From Neocallimastix sp. 'constans' (Eukaryota), in contig JBODTK010000001.1 of the NCBI GenBank assembly GCA_050613775.1, forward strand, positions 1,798,001 through 1,862,000: DNA of 64,000 bases, written 5' to 3'. Below, piece by piece: positions 40,350 to 56,440 of this stretch (positions are counted from its first letter, which is position 1; each line of letters opens with the position of its first letter). The notes under the pieces were generated by a model that worked only from the letters and a program-made list of their open reading frames with translations, was not told the DNA's origin and searched no databases. Both the position numbers and the translations under genes were made by a program.

Positions 40350-41598
40350 TTAAGAAAAATATCTATCGATTAAATATTTTTTATCTTCTCCAGTGATCGG
40401 TGAAGTTTCTTTTTCATCAACAACAACAGCATATCCGATTACTGGCTTTACTGCAAATGTTTTTTCATCTAGATCCATTCCAAAAAAGCCTGACGCCAAT
40501 GAAGATTTGTAGACAGTTTTAGTCTTATTATCATTATTATAATTTATTAAGGTGATTGGACACTTTATAATTTGATCAGGAATATCATCTATTTTTATAG
40601 CATCATATAATTTTGGTGTACTCTCAGTAAGATTTGGAATAAATTTAATGATCCAACCATCGATTACGTCTGGATTATATTCTTTACCAATTTTAACTCT
40701 TACCATATTCTTCCAGAATTCTCTAATTTCTTCGTTTATTTCTTTATTTTGATGGTAGTAACGCTTCGTCATTATTATTTTATCAATAAGAGGTATTAAA
40801 TGCTTTATCCACCATCCTAATGCCATTTCTTTCTTTGACAGAAATACTAATTTTGATTTTACCTTCATCCAATCTTCTAAAGAGCCTTCCAAGTGAATAA
40901 AACTAATTCCACATCCACCACCAACGCCAATATATTTGAAATATTTTTTTAACCCTGACATTATCGAGACCAGACTTGCGGTTAAAGTGATTGAATTTGT
41001 GGTTGAAAAATTGGATTGCAAATGGGATACTATTGTTTCACCGACATTCTCTTTTATTTGTTGAACAAAATTATTGATTATATCCCTCCAGTCTGCTTCA
41101 TTCCATTCCATTACTTGTTTATTTAATTCTTTTACTACTAACTCTTTTTGATCTTGGAAATTAACATATTCCGAACGTACTAATTCAGAATATTTTTCCA
41201 TAAATCTTGAATATCCTTGTAAAAACAATATCCAAATTACATCAGGTGAAATGGTAATTGGATAATGTTCTTTATAAGCAATTAATAGTCCGTGAATAAA
41301 TGAATTTTATCCTTTGAAAATATTTTTGTTTTTTTTGTATCATATTTATAGTGTAGTATTTCCATTGACTCATTCATTTCACTTCTCGATATTCCTAATC
41401 TTCTCATCATCGTATTTATTTCAAAGATATTATTTTTATTTTTCAAACCTGGAAGAGTTTTCATTCTCTGAAATATAGTTGAAGAAATATCTTCAATAGG
41501 ATAATAATTAAAAAATTTTTGTGTAAACTAGATTTTGGTTTTTCAAGTTCTTTTTCAACTTCAAAAACAATAGTTTCATAATTTTTCTGATCATTCAT
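40350..41598 (-). CDS. DUF4419-family protein with two frameshifts in homopolymer runs (pseudogene or sequencing error)
   Basis: Reconstructed NSFIHGLLIAYKEHYPITISPDVIWILFLQG, NFSTT, CGISFIHLEGSLEDW, IDGWI; frame breaks near 41515 and 41330. Confidence 0.75.
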
Positions 41599-41758
41599 TT
41601 TGATAATAATATAATAAAATATAATTAATTTAAAAAATATATATATGTGAATATAAATTTATTTATTATTAAAATATTTAATTATTTGATAATTTATTTA
41701 TACGATATTTATACAAAAAAAAAAGGAATTTATTTCATTTTTATTTTTAAAAAATGGA

Positions 41759-41829
<71 letters not shown>

Positions 41830-42174
41830 TTTTATTGAGAGTTTAATATTGAATAAGATTATTTAATATTAAAATACCAAGTAAAAAATATTAAAAAATA
41901 TTAATTTTAATATTAGATAATATTGGAATTAATAAGAATTATTAATATATTAAAAAAAAATTATATAAATTTGTATAGATAGTTTAATATTAAATAAGAT
42001 TATTTAATATTAAAATACCAAGTAAAAAATATTAAAAAATATTAATTTTAATATTAGATAATATATATTTTTTGGAAATAATAATATATTAAAAAAAAAA
42101 AAAAAAACAATTATTTATTATTATTAAAAAGTGGAAAATCAAGATTAGATAATATATATTTTTTGGAAATAATA

Positions 42175-42205
<31 letters not shown>

Positions 42206-42669
42206 TTATATAAATTTTATATATATATTTTTTATTTTTTATTAATCCTTTATATTAAAAATTTTGGTATTAATCAGTCGATTTTCAATAATTTAAAATA
42301 AATACGATAATAAGAAATAAAATAATTATATATAAATTTAATTTTTATTTAATAGTTGATTCCTATATAAAAAAAATAATTACAATATTCTTGATATAAT
42401 ATTTCATTTTAAAGAAAATAATGATTAAATATTAATGGTTGAAAAGTAGCTTATTTATGTCCTTTCGTTTTATCAATGTGGGGCACTACTAAAAAAAAAA
42501 ATTAGACATATTCATTACAATAAATAGGTTACACGAAAGATCGATCTATTTATATTACCATTTCTAATAATTCTATATCATGTATATATATATTATTTAA
42601 AAAAAATTATTATAAAAATATTTTAAAAATTGAAATAAAAAAAAAATACATATTAAATAAAAGTAAATG

Positions 42670-42712
<43 letters not shown>

Positions 42713-43341
42713 ACCTTAATATTACGATTAATCTAAATATATATTAATTTTTTTTTATAAAAAAAAAACAAAAAAAAAAAAAAAAAAATTAAAAACGAAA
42801 AAAAAAAAAAAAAAAAAAAAAATGAAAAAAACTTAAATAAAATAAAATAAAAATAGTGATAACTTCTTTATTTGGAAATGAAGTAAGGAAGGAAGTGAAG
42901 TATTTAGAAAGAATTGATTAAAAAATTTATATAAACAAAAATATATATATATATTTATGTTACAAACGGTGGTGGTGAACTTTTTTTTTCATTATTCCTT
43001 TTGGTTATTTAAAAAATAAATAAATGATTGAATAATAAAGTTTAAATAATTGAATAAATAATAAATAATTGAATAATAAATAATAAATAATAATATGTAA
43101 TATTAAATCAATATTTATTATATATATAAAACTCCTTTTAGAGAAAAAATAATTGAATAATAAATAATGGAGTAAATAAAAAAAAAAACAATAGAGTTTT
43201 TTTAATTAATTAAATATTCAATAATGTTTATGTAATAATATCAAATGTAAATAGAATAATATATAAAAATTTATAATATATATATATATTAATTCCAAAT
43301 TCAATAAAAATATAATATAAATATATACGTTAATCAACTTT

Positions 43342-43392
<51 letters not shown>

Positions 43393-43483
43393 CTATTATT
43401 ATTAAATTAGCATGTATAATAAAATATTTATAATAAAAATTAAAATTATAAAAACTTTAATAATTTATTCTTTTTATATATAT

Positions 43484-43710
43484 ATAGCGGCAATTATTGC
43501 GAACTTTAAATTTTATTTATTTATTCATTTATTAATTACATGAATATTTTTAATTTTAATCCCCTAAGGAGCGTACCACTAGAAATGGTGTCTATGAGGG
43601 GGTATTACTATCCGTACTTTCCTTAATACAGGGAATGATAGTTCATATAGGATATTAATATTAATGATTGATCTGTAGAAGTATGGATTTTTGATTTACC
43701 GATTTCATTT

Positions 43711-43741
<31 letters not shown>

Positions 43742-44261
43742 GTCTGTTTTAATCAAAGTTGTTTTTTTTTTTTAGTTTTTTTTCATGAAGGATTTTGGAA
43801 CTATTTAGTTTTTTTCTTTACCAACTTTTTTATTTCTTTTATCTTCTGTTTATTATTTTTTATGTATTTCTATATATATATATATATACTTTTATATTTA
43901 ATATTTTTATATACAATTTATTCGTTTTTTTTTATACCTTTTATATATATTTAGTGTCTTGTCTGAGCCAGGTAAGTATAACTTTTTTTTCTCTTTTTTG
44001 TTCTATTTCTCTCTGTTCCTTTATCCTTCATTTTCATTTTTTTATTTATTCTTTTACTTTTTTCTTCTCCTCATGAATGAACCTAGTACTTATTTTTCTG
44101 TACTTCTACTTTACTGATTATTATAGTAATATTTTATTATCTTTATTCTTTTACTTTATATGAATTCTTACTTTAAAATATTTCCAGTTTTATACATTAA
44201 TCCTACCATAAAATTTGATATATTATTCTCAACAATAGTCAAACTTCAATCAATGTTATAC

Positions 44262-44294
<33 letters not shown>

Positions 44295-45242
44295 AGTATA
44301 TACTTACCTATAATTATTTAATCACTCATCTTATTTTTAAGTTATAATTATCTCAAATTTAAACTTTAAATTTTACAGTATTATTATTTTGAATATCTTA
44401 CAAATATTGTATACTATGAACTCAACTCTATATTATTCAAACTTTCACTGTGGCATCCACCATTACGGATGTGTATTCAACAAATTTTATATGATACTCA
44501 TTCATAAACAAAAAATTGGTCAGTAAAAAATTTTACAATTATTTCAGTAATTGTTAGAATATGTGAAATGTATGAAAAATAAACTTCAAATGTATTGAAA
44601 CATATTGTAATATAAATAATGTATAAGCCACAATGTATTAATATAAAAGCATTTAATAATTAAGTACTAGTAACTCTTTATCATAAAAAATATTAATAAA
44701 GTTGACATAATTATAAATCATAAATTCATAACTCTTAACAGTAATTTATCTAGTTCTTTTTTTTAATATTATCGTTTCAATAGTTAGAAAATTTTCACCA
44801 ATATATGGTTCTTATTTTATTATTAAAATAAATGCTCTCAATAGTAATACCTTTAAACAATTCTATGATTTGTTAAATGATGGTCTTCATTCCTTTGTTA
44901 AAATTAACTATAAAGAATGTAAGGGTTATTCTAATTCTAATGGCCACAAATCCAACTATAATAAAATTTAAAAAAAATTAAAAAAATTCAAAAGAAAAAT
45001 TAAATCCTTTTTTGGTACACCCAGAGAATTTTCTTTGATTAATTAAAATTTGTTTATGTTTAATTTTATTTTTTTTTTTTTTTTTTTTGTTTTGTTTTGT
45101 TTTGTTTTACTTAATCTTTTACTTATATTTTATTTTTTTTTATCCTTTAATTATATAATTAATTATTTTTTTCTATTAAATGTAATACATAAAAATATTT
45201 TAATCTATTTAATAAAGCACAGGAAGTGTATTCTCTTCCTAG

Positions 45243-45280
<38 letters not shown>

Positions 45281-47797
45281 TTTAATAAAAAAATAAAAAA
45301 AAACACAGAATTAATAAAATAAATAAATATTATTTATTCAATTAGAATATAATAATAATTAAGATAGTAACTTAAAATAAAAAGTAATATTCAAAAATAA
45401 AGTATATAGATAAATTCAGAAAAAAGTTCATATGCAATGAACCTCACCTCCATATTCCTTATTCAGGATTAGAGTTTTAATTGACAATCTGAAAGAAATT
45501 ATAGTCTTCTCCTGGAAGAGGCATTGGCCATGCTGGCCCATCTTACTGCATTTTCGGAATTGATGCTCCTGGTTAGTTTCGGAATAGTAACCCTTGTCGA
45601 GTACTAGCCCTAGGAATAATTTCTGTAAAGAGAGCCTCAGATCGCACCAAGAATGGCGTTTTTGAATAATCACCAGAAATGATTCGGTTCTTAAACAAAA
45701 CATCCTATTCCTTTTTATAATTTAAATCAATAATGTCTGCATCTCTTCCACCAATAAGGAAGTTATATAATATGTACCACATCACATATATATTTACACT
45801 CTCATTATTCAGAAAATTACTTAGATTAACACGATTTTCACCAATTGAACTATTCATTACATTAGAAATAACAATACTATTATTTTCACTATCACTAATT
45901 CTACTATTATTAACAATATTATTTCTATTGTTATTATCATTAATATTATAAACACCGTTACTATTATCAGATTCAGAACTTGATTCAATATTATTCATAT
46001 CTGTGATAACAGTGTTTACATTACTATTTGATATTGGACAATATTTAGAATAAATATAAAATTTTTCATAAAGAATTTCAATATCCATAAAATATTTCAT
46101 TCGAAATTTGTGGAATAGATAGCATTTGGAAAATCAATGTTCCAATCGAAGATTACTATTTTTTTCTATAACAAAAAGGACACCTTTCTGGACAGTCGTC
46201 TTCAATCATTTTGGCAGCTTTGGTAACACAAGCATCGAATTTATATATACATCTGGCACGAAGTATCCATCGATAGTCAATACTAAATTCAGAATACTTG
46301 AAGTTGAGCTTAAGGTAGTCTCTAGTTTCTTGAATTTATTTTTCTTATAAGCCTTTGCCCTTGTTTGGTTTTCCTGCTATATTTCTATCTCAGTAAAAGT
46401 TTCCAATTGCTTTTTTTTTTATGGAAATTTATATAATTTGTCTGTTAAAATTTTCCTTTCTTTATCCCATGCATAATGTCTACAACGAGATATATCACTA
46501 AGTAAATCAGAGATAATACAATTCGAGTTTTTCCATTTTTTAAAATACCTTATCTGAGCAATCCATAGACTATATGTTGTTAAAGAAACAAGATGAGTAT
46601 AGGAATTATCTTCAAGTACTGCTTGACATGAGACATGATACCCAAGATATAAACCTCTGCAACCTGGCGTATTTGGATTCCATTCCTTTCTGGAAAATAT
46701 TTAGAGTTGGGAAATGTTACTTTACATGGATTTCTAGCATCATTGGTACCATTACCTGTTTCCTGAAAACATAGGAATAATGGTTTAAATATTGTGTTGA
46801 AGGACTCAATACTATCTCTTTTTACAAAATTCCATCCATTGGTATTCTAAGACAAAAAGAAAACTTTATTGTATTAGAATATGAAATTGGATTTTGAGAA
46901 TTAAGATTAGGAATATTGAGAGTATTGAGTACATGATTGCCATTTAAAACATTTACTAAATTAGTTGAACTGAGATTTACTGAGTTTGTATTATTGGATG
47001 TGTTATTTGTTATTAGATTTTGTTTTATATAAGATTAGGAATATTGAGAGTATTGAGTACATGATTGCCATTTAAAACATTTACTAAATTAGTTGAACTG
47101 AGATTTACTGAGTTTGTATTATTGGATGTGTTATTTGTTATTAGATTTTGTTTTATATGCCGAAAAAAAAACCTTATGATTCCATTTGGAACATCTACGA
47201 TATGAAATTTTAACTCCTGATATTTCTTTTTCAAATACTTCTTCAAATTTTTCTTTGTAAAAATTTGGAGTGTGTACTTTTATCCTGAAGAAACTATCAT
47301 TAAATTTAGTATTTCTTTTAACCGACAAAATATTATCCTTGAATTATTTAAATCTAGAATGAATAAATTCCTTCATTTTAGTATTGGTCCATGAGTGTAT
47401 ACCACGGATAAAAATCAACCTTGCGTTGTCGAATATGTTCCATTATTGCTAAAGTTTAAATAATACTTTAGAAAAATGCATATACAAAATAATGCTGAAA
47501 TAAAAAATACAATAGATTCATTACAATGATAATATGTAGAAACTACATGACATTATTAATTAAAACAATTCCATTGTTATTATTACATATCCAGTTTAAA
47601 ACAATATAAAGCATCATGTATACTTTCAACAGTCTTCCAGTATTCCAATTTTCACTCTTTGTATTAGAAGCCACATTAAAAAGGATAACTATCAATTATC
47701 ACCAGAATTACAAAAAACTGTAATTAGTACACCTAATATAGGCTATTCCTTTTCCATCAACCCTCCATGGACCTGGAAAAGTGAAAATTAGTCCATA
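43484..47797 (-). mobile_element. Internally deleted, decayed LINE family C (contains element D; 128-bp tandem duplication at 46902-47158)
   Basis: 3' end like 31917-32070; C-terminal LIGGR and CPERCP remnants; N-terminal ORF remnant 47025-47445; 5' module 47478-47795 matches 63397-63701. Confidence 0.8.
43561..45275 (+). mobile_element. Non-autonomous retroposed element (family D), 1.7 kb
   Basis: TSD TTAATTTTAAT at 43550-43560 and 45276-45286; poly(A) 45246-45275; 3' end shared with the minus-strand copy at ~58033-58170. Confidence 0.8.
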
Positions 47798-47804
47798 TCT
47801 TTTG

Positions 47805-47852
<48 letters not shown>

Positions 47853-48773
47853 TTTAAAAAATTCATCTATGAATTTTTTAAAAATTTTTATTAATAGTCT
47901 TTTTTTTTTTGGACCTAAACATAACTTTATACTTATTTATATTTAATGAAAAAATTATATTTACAAAAAAAAAAAAAAAAAAAAACTATGATATTAAGAT
48001 TATATTTATTTTAAAATAAATAATAATAATAATAATAATATTTGATTTAATGACAAATGGCCTATTTCACGTTGATTAAGATTATCACAAACTCTATATA
48101 GTAAATGAAAAGCAAATAAATATTCTTTTCTTATCATTTCAACAATTTTGATAATAATAAATTCCATGATAAATAAATTGATTATAATGAAAAATATATT
48201 TTATTTATGAAATTTCAAAATATTTAAAAACTTCATATAAATAGTTTAGGTTAAATAAAAAGATTATATATTTTAATGAATTTTGAATTCCCAAAATTTT
48301 TATTTTATTTATTTTTTTTTTTTTTTTTTTTTTAATAAAAAAAATTTTAATAAATTCTATATAATTAAAAATTTTATTCTTTTTGTATTGATTAAAATAA
48401 ATATTATTTTTAATTGATTTTATATATTATTTGTAATATATCATTTATATTCTATCAACCCTCTAATATTATAATTAATTATTCGTTAAATTATCCAAAA
48501 AAATTTATAATGTATTAATGTATGATTATATTATATTTTATAATAATAAAAAGAAATTAATTTAAATTATTGTAATTTTTTTTTTCTTTTTTGTGCATTT
48601 ATGTGCTTATTGTATTTTAATCTCTAAAATTTATGCATGTTTGTTTATATTATAAATATTTATGTTTTTTTTTTTTTTGTTTTTTTTTTTTTGTTTTTTT
48701 TGTTTTTTTTGTTTTTTTCTCATCAAATTAATAAATATATATATATATATATACATTTAATATTCTAATTAAT

Positions 48774-50510
<1,737 letters not shown>

Positions 50511-50845
50511 TTTATTTATTTTAATTTAAATATAAACTGATTATTAAATTAATATATATATATATATATATATAAGTTTTTAAAGTTTTATAAAAAAAAA
50601 AATTATTCAAAATAAATTTCTAAATAATGATTAATGATTAAACGGGAAATTTATTAAATTTCTCTTATTATAACCAAAAATTATTGAATATTATTAATTA
50701 TAATTTAAATATTATTAATTATTTTATTTTATTTTGTTCCATCTGTACTTTATATTAAATTTTCAAATTAAATATAAATTAATTAAAAAAAGTATTTATA
50801 TATATTATTTGAGATTAAGTAATAATAATTGATATTATTTTTATC

Positions 50846-50879
<34 letters not shown>

Positions 50880-51924
50880 AAAGTGAATTATTCATTACTT
50901 TTAATAATTAAAGATATTATTTATGTTTTGAGCATATGACCTGTCAACATCTGATAATATTTCATAGAGCAAGACTATGAATAAAAAATAAAAAATATTA
51001 AAATAATTGTATAAAAAAAAAAAATTTAAGAAATATTTATTTATTTATTTATTTATTATTTATTTATTATTTATTTATTTATTTATTTATTTATTATGAT
51101 TATTAATTATTTATTTTATTCATTTATTTTTTTTTTTAATATACAATTTTTATGTAATATGTCATAACGAAAAAAATTGGAGAAAAGGAACTTTTAAAAT
51201 ACAACTATCCCCTTTAATTAGTCTATTCTATATCACTGATTTCAATATGTAAGCTATTTTCATTATTATATTCTGGTTTACCTACTTCAGTTAAATAAAT
51301 AAATAAAATAAAATAAAAAAACATCTTTTAATCTATATTAAATATTATTATTATTACATAATATTTAATTAGATATATATTATTAAAATATTATATTACA
51401 ATAAATATATAATATATATTATTTTTTTTTATTCATTAAATTTTTATAATATTTTAATAATATTTTTATAATTTAAAGTTTATTTATTAATATAATAATA
51501 AGATTGAAATTATTTAAACAATTAATTCATTCATTCATTAACTCATTCAATTTTTATTTATTTTTATATTAATAAAGTTTATAAAATTTTTAAAATTTTA
51601 CTATATCAAAAGAACAATATTAATTTTTAATATTTTTTTTTTTTGGAAATTCAAAAATTATTGGTGTTTTTAATCAACTTTTTAATACAAATAAAAATAA
51701 TAAAATATAGAATAATTAAATAAGAAACAATAAAATTAAAATTTAATGAGTAATAATAAAAAAAAAAATGTAATTATATTTTTATTAAAAATAAAATATT
51801 ATTAATAAAAATGTTAATTAATAATTATTTAAATTTTTATTAATATAATGCTTTTAATATTTATTTAAAATTTATCTTTTCAAAAGAAAAAAAAAGATAA
51901 AAATAAATTTATAAATTATAATAA

Positions 51925-54900
51925 ATGAAGTTGCTGGCAATTTTAGTATTTATTAATTTTATATTATTACAACTCATAGGATTAGTGGTAATTGAATAAT
52001 TAAAATTTAATATTATATGACAATTCAATAAAAAAATTATTACTTATTTAATAAAAATAATGAAAAAAAATATATATATTTAAATAAAATAAAAATATTT
52101 TTGAATTTACTTTAAATTCATGGAAAATAGATAGGAAAACCCACAAAAGAAACACCAATTGAGTATAATGTTTCCTTTGGTTATTATGGTGGAGAAAAAG
52201 AATTATTAGTTAAAACTAATTCAATTGTTAAAATTGAAATTGAAACTAATAATCCCATTGGTTGTTCTTGGTCTTTTGTTAATGAAGCTGAAATTAAAAG
52301 TTCTGAATGCATTGAATTCCAAGATGATTCTTATAAAAATTCTTGTACTGATCCACAAATGAACGGTTGTGATGGCCTTCGTACTCTTTCATTCTATGTT
52401 CGAGATGCCTCTAAACCGTTACCTTACTTAAATTTAGTATGCAAAAGACCCCAGGAAGAAGAAAACTTTGGTGAAATTATGGTTACCTTATATTCAGATG
52501 AACAAATTGAAAATCCTTTTTCAAATGTAATTACTGCTCTCTTTAGTGATGAAGGCGGAGAAAAAGAAATATTTGTTAACACTAATTCTTACGTTGAACT
52601 TTATTTACCAAGTAATCCATCTACTGGATATTCATGGATATTGATAAACGAAGATAAATTTAAAACGTCAGAAACTGTTACTTTCATTCGTACGGAATAC
52701 GAAAGTTCATGTTCCGAATTAGTAGACGGTTGTGGTGGTGTTGATAAATACATATTTCTTGTTAAAGATGCCTATGGAGAACTACCAAAAATTAAGTTCG
52801 TTTACAAAAGGGCATGGGAAAATAAAATTTTTGCTGAAGCTCTTGTTACCTTAAAACCAATTATATATCCAGACCAACCCACGAGATTAGAATTTCCTAT
52901 TTCTTTTGATATAAATGGTGGAAAAAAAGTATTATTAGTTCAACGGAATTCCATAGTTCGTGTTAATTTGGAGAGTAATCCTTCTACTGGCTACTCATGG
53001 ATGTTGGTGAATGAAGACGAAATCAAAAATTCTGAAGTTTTGGAATATCAAGATTCATCCTTTAAAAGTAATTGTGGACCAGAAGTGGATGGTTGTGGCG
53101 GTATTGAAACTGTTTCATTCCTTGTTAAATACACCAACAAGGAACTTCCACGTATACATTTAGTCTACAAAAGACCATGGGAAAAAGAAAATTATGTATC
53201 TGAAGTGGTAGTTATTTTACAATCCAATGAAAATATTCCAAACCCCGTAGTAAAACAAAAAGAATTCATTGCTTCCTTTGATTATAATGGTGGAGAAAAA
53301 GAGTTAATCGTTGAAACAGGTGCCAAAGTTAAAATTGAATTGAAAAGTAATCCAACTACTGGTTATTCATGGACTTTGGTGAATGTAGATGAAATTAATA
53401 ATTCGGAAGTATTAGAATACCAAGATTCTGTCTATGAAAATCAATGTAAACCAAACTTGATGGGTTGTGGAGGTACTGAATCTTTCTATTTCTTAGTAAA
53501 GGATGCCACAAAAGAATTACCACATATCAATTTAGTATATAAAAGGTCATGGGAAAAGGAAAGTTACGGTGAGGTAATTGTCACTTTAAGGTCAGATGAA
53601 TCGCTTCCTTTCCAAAAGAAAATATTCTCAGCTTCCTTTGGTATTGAAGGTGGGGAAAAAGAACTACTCGTTGAATATGATTCAATAGTAAAAATCGATG
53701 TATTATCTAATCCATCTACCGGATATACATGGATTTTAGAGAATGAACCAGAATTCAAGCATTTTGAAGGTATGGAATATCAAGATTCATCCTTTAATAG
53801 TAGCTGCAAACCAGGATTGGATGGTTGTGGTGGTACTCAATCTTTTTCTTTCTATATTGGAAGTCCTATAGATGAGCTACCAAAAATTAACTTGGTATAT
53901 AAAAGACCATGGGAAGAAGAAGTCTATAGTAAAGTTATTGTAACATTGAAACACGTTAAAGAACCCTCCTCAACAAAACTCATTGAAGAATCAACCGAAC
54001 TAACTGAAGAGCCAACAACATTAGAATTAACTGAAGAACCAACTTCTACATCAAAACAAACTGAAAAGCCAACTGTTACATCAAACCAAACTGAAGTGTT
54101 ATCGACTACCTATCCTTTTGGTAGTGAAAATGGTGAATCAACTCCAGAACCAACTCCTGAACCAACTTCTGAACCAACTTCTGAACCAACTTCTGAACCA
54201 ACTGAAAATAAGGAATTCACTTTATCCTTTGACTATGTTGGTGGAAAAGAAGAATTATTAGTTGAATCAGATTCTATCGTAAATATTGAACTTAAAACTA
54301 ATCCATCCACCGGATATTCTTGGACGTTGGTGAGTGAAAAGGAAATTAAAGAATCTGAAGGTATTGTATTACTAGATGATACATACAGAAGTACTTGTAT
54401 TAATCCTAAGATGAAAGGCTGCGGTAGCATTCGTACACTCAAATTCTATATTAAAGAGGCCACTAATGATTTACCAATAATTAAATTAGTGTACAAAAGA
54501 TCCCAGGATAAGATATATTTGGGTGAAGCTATAGTTACTCTAAAATCAAATGAAGCTTCCCCAAAAACAAAAGAGATTATCAAAAAATTGGTAACCTCAA
54601 ATAGAATTGGGACTAAAGAAACTTCATCTATAATCGTTGAGGATGACAATACCCTTCTTACTATTGAAATTTCTGATGATACCTCTCTGGGATATTCATG
54701 GTTTTTAGATAATGAAGAAAACCTTAAATACTACAGTCATTTAGTGGAATTAAAGAGTAGTAACATTAAAACGAATTGTAATGACAATGGATGTAGCGAA
54801 AAAGTCAATGTTTTCCAATTCCTCGTTAAAACAGCTAATAAACAACTACCAAAATTAGATTTTGTCTATGCCGTATCTGAAGGCGAATCCGCTCAAATGG

Positions 54901-55193
54901 AGTTTATAGTTAGCTTGAAAGGGGCCTCCGTTGATGATAGTCAATGTCTTGTAGACGAATACCCCTGTTGCTCTAAAGCCAAACCCATAGTCATCTCCAC
55001 AGATTCTCTTGGAAATTGGGGAGCTGAAAATTCTAAATGGTGTTTCATTAAGGAAACAGAAAATGAACGCTATCAATGTTTCAGTGAACGCTTAGGCTAT
55101 CCATGTTGTAGCCCAGAAAATACTGAAATTGTTTTAACTGATAATGATGGTCATTGGGGAGTAGAAAATAGTAATTGGTGTGGTATTAATTAA
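51925..55193 (+). CDS. Secreted protein with 7 chagasin (inhibitor I42)-like repeats and 2 C-terminal fungal dockerins; exons 51925-51987 and 52131-55193
   Basis: Exon 1 MKLLAILVFINFILLQLIGLV|gtaatt; repeats with NPSTGYSW, GCGG, KRPWE; EPTS linker; YPCC…WG.EN..WC twice. Confidence 0.92.
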
Positions 55194-55199
55194 AAAAAA

Positions 55200-55239
<40 letters not shown>

Positions 55240-55932
55240 TAAAATAAAATAAATAAATAAATAAATAAAATAAAATAAATAAAATAAAAGTATGGTCAAA
55301 AAAATATAAAATGTATTTTTTTTTTTTTTTAAATAAAAAAAAAAAAAAAAAAATTAATACCATCTTCTCCTCATTTAAATATATTATCAGTAAATACAAC
55401 AGCTTTTAATAAAGTAATAATATTAAAATAAATATTAAATAAAAAAAAATAATAAATAAAAAGTAAATTAAGATCAAAATGAAATAAATAATTAAAAAAA
55501 AAAAAAAAAATTGTTAATATTAACAAATTATTATTATAAATAGTATAATATATATAAATATTAACATATTTTTATTACTATTATAAATAAATAAATAATA
55601 ATAATAATAATAAAGATTAAATAATATATATCATGTATAAATATAAAAAGTCTCTGTCTCTGTTGAATGGAACTTTATATTATTAAACTTTTGATGCCTT
55701 TTTTTTTTTTTTTTTTTTTTTATAATAATTATATATGAATCATTACATCTTTATAAATGATTTTTTTTTTTTTTTTTTTTTAATGTTAAGATTAGTTTTT
55801 TCGCTTTTAAATTTTACTATTATATTTTCGTTAATATTATCTCCTTCATTATACCTACATAAGAAATTAGTTGGTCCATTAAAGTATTATTTCACTATAA
55901 TATTAATTATATTTATATTATATTTTTTGAAT

Positions 55933-56322
<390 letters not shown>

Positions 56323-56440
56323 TTTATTTTAATTTTTATTTTTATTATTTTTTTTATTTTTATTTTTATTTTTTTTTTTATTTTTATTTTTACTATTTTT
56401 TTTTTTTTTTATTTTTATTATTTTTTTTATTATTTTTATA

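Noticed and set aside
43691..44076. Phe/Ile-rich ORFs
   Set aside because: Artefacts of T-rich, intron-like sequence
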